From contig NC_086097.1 of assembly GCF_963921235.1 (NCBI RefSeq), positions 194,992,001-195,056,000 of the forward strand: DNA of 64,000 bases, read 5' to 3'. Both the position numbers and the translations under genes were made by a program. This DNA comes from Mobula hypostoma (taxonomy: Eukaryota). This document shows, one piece after another, positions 63,338 through 64,000 of the stretch. Below the pieces are notes generated by a model. That model did not search any database, was not told the origin of the DNA, and was given only the letters and a program-made list of their open reading frames with translations. Position 1 is the first letter of the stretch; each line of letters opens with the position of its first letter.

Positions 63338-64000
63338 TGTAAGCGGGTTTCGATTTTTATGTTACTGCGGAGGCTAATTAAAATGGCGTCTTTGTTATGT
63401 TAATCTGGGGAATGCGGCTTTGTTGTCTTAAATGCTGAGAAAGATTGCGCTAGCAGCTTGTTGTGGTTTAGAGGGTGATAAGAAATACGTTATTAACCAA
63501 TTGGGATAGTTGTTATAGTTTTGGTGTATTTGAAGATACTGTTTGCGAGGGGGTTTTGGGGGAGAAGGCGGGAGAGCGAGACAGAGGATGGACGAGGTGC
63601 TGTGAGTCCGCTAACGGGGTCGGACCCCAAGCGGGACGTTCGGCAAGGAGACAGAGATGGATTCGTGTGGAGCGTCTGGTCGACCACCGTTGTTGGTCCC
63701 AGGCGGCCGGTCGAGGTGGTCCGAGGGGGGGTCGCAGGGTGAAGAAGAAGGTCCTTGAGCTCCGACGGTTTTTTTGTGCATGAAGAGATTGAACTTTGAT
63801 AAGTGTGGCGCCTTTTATTTTCCTTTTATATTTTATTCTCTTTTAATTATATAGTTCCAGTAATATCTATAAACTGTATATCATTTAATTGCATCTTGTG
63901 TATTGTCTGTTATTTGGGCGGGGTGGGGTACATCACACAGCATCCACACAAACTAATTACCTAGTTTGGCGGGGCCGAGGCTGTTTCCCTAGACGTCAGC
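63338..64000. mobile_element. Probable young LTR running off the window edge
   Basis: Abrupt switch at TGTAAGCGGG to CpG-rich non-coding sequence. The far end and TSD are not visible. Confidence 0.45.

Overview
Eukaryotic, AT-rich, CpG-depleted vertebrate DNA. The mix of CR1, Rex1/Babar-like and L2 LINEs, V-SINEs and Penelope-like elements suggests a cartilaginous fish, probably a ray; this is an inference. No host protein-coding gene, rRNA, tRNA or CRISPR array can be identified. The window is intronic or intergenic and is dominated by nested transposable elements. These include more than 15 CR1 LINE pieces, among them two young sister copies at 14.0-16.5 kb and 20.2-24.1 kb and a second near-full-length family at 48.6-52.2 kb. 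There are also several Rex1-like LINEs, an L2 relic and two V-SINEs. LTR elements: an internally deleted BEL/Pao element with both LTRs and a TSD (42207-46654), an internally deleted Mag-like Ty3/Gypsy element (55886-59192) and a solo LTR (53287-54415). hAT MITEs and Penelope-like relics carrying minimal hammerhead-ribozyme motifs are also present. Most interesting signals: (1) a correctly phased U_UUA_AAC -1 frameshift heptamer followed by the ORF1 stop and a G-rich tract at the ORF1/ORF2 junction of the young CR1, whose ORF2 has no usable AUG; (2) a family of about 120-135 bp TSD-flanked insertions that all start at the same base of a hammerhead ribozyme motif; (3) a 630-680 bp non-coding, non-tRNA retroposon present in two full-length copies; (4) an in-frame protease-integrase fusion in the Gypsy element, apparently made at a microhomology. 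Boundaries of old, decayed elements are approximate.
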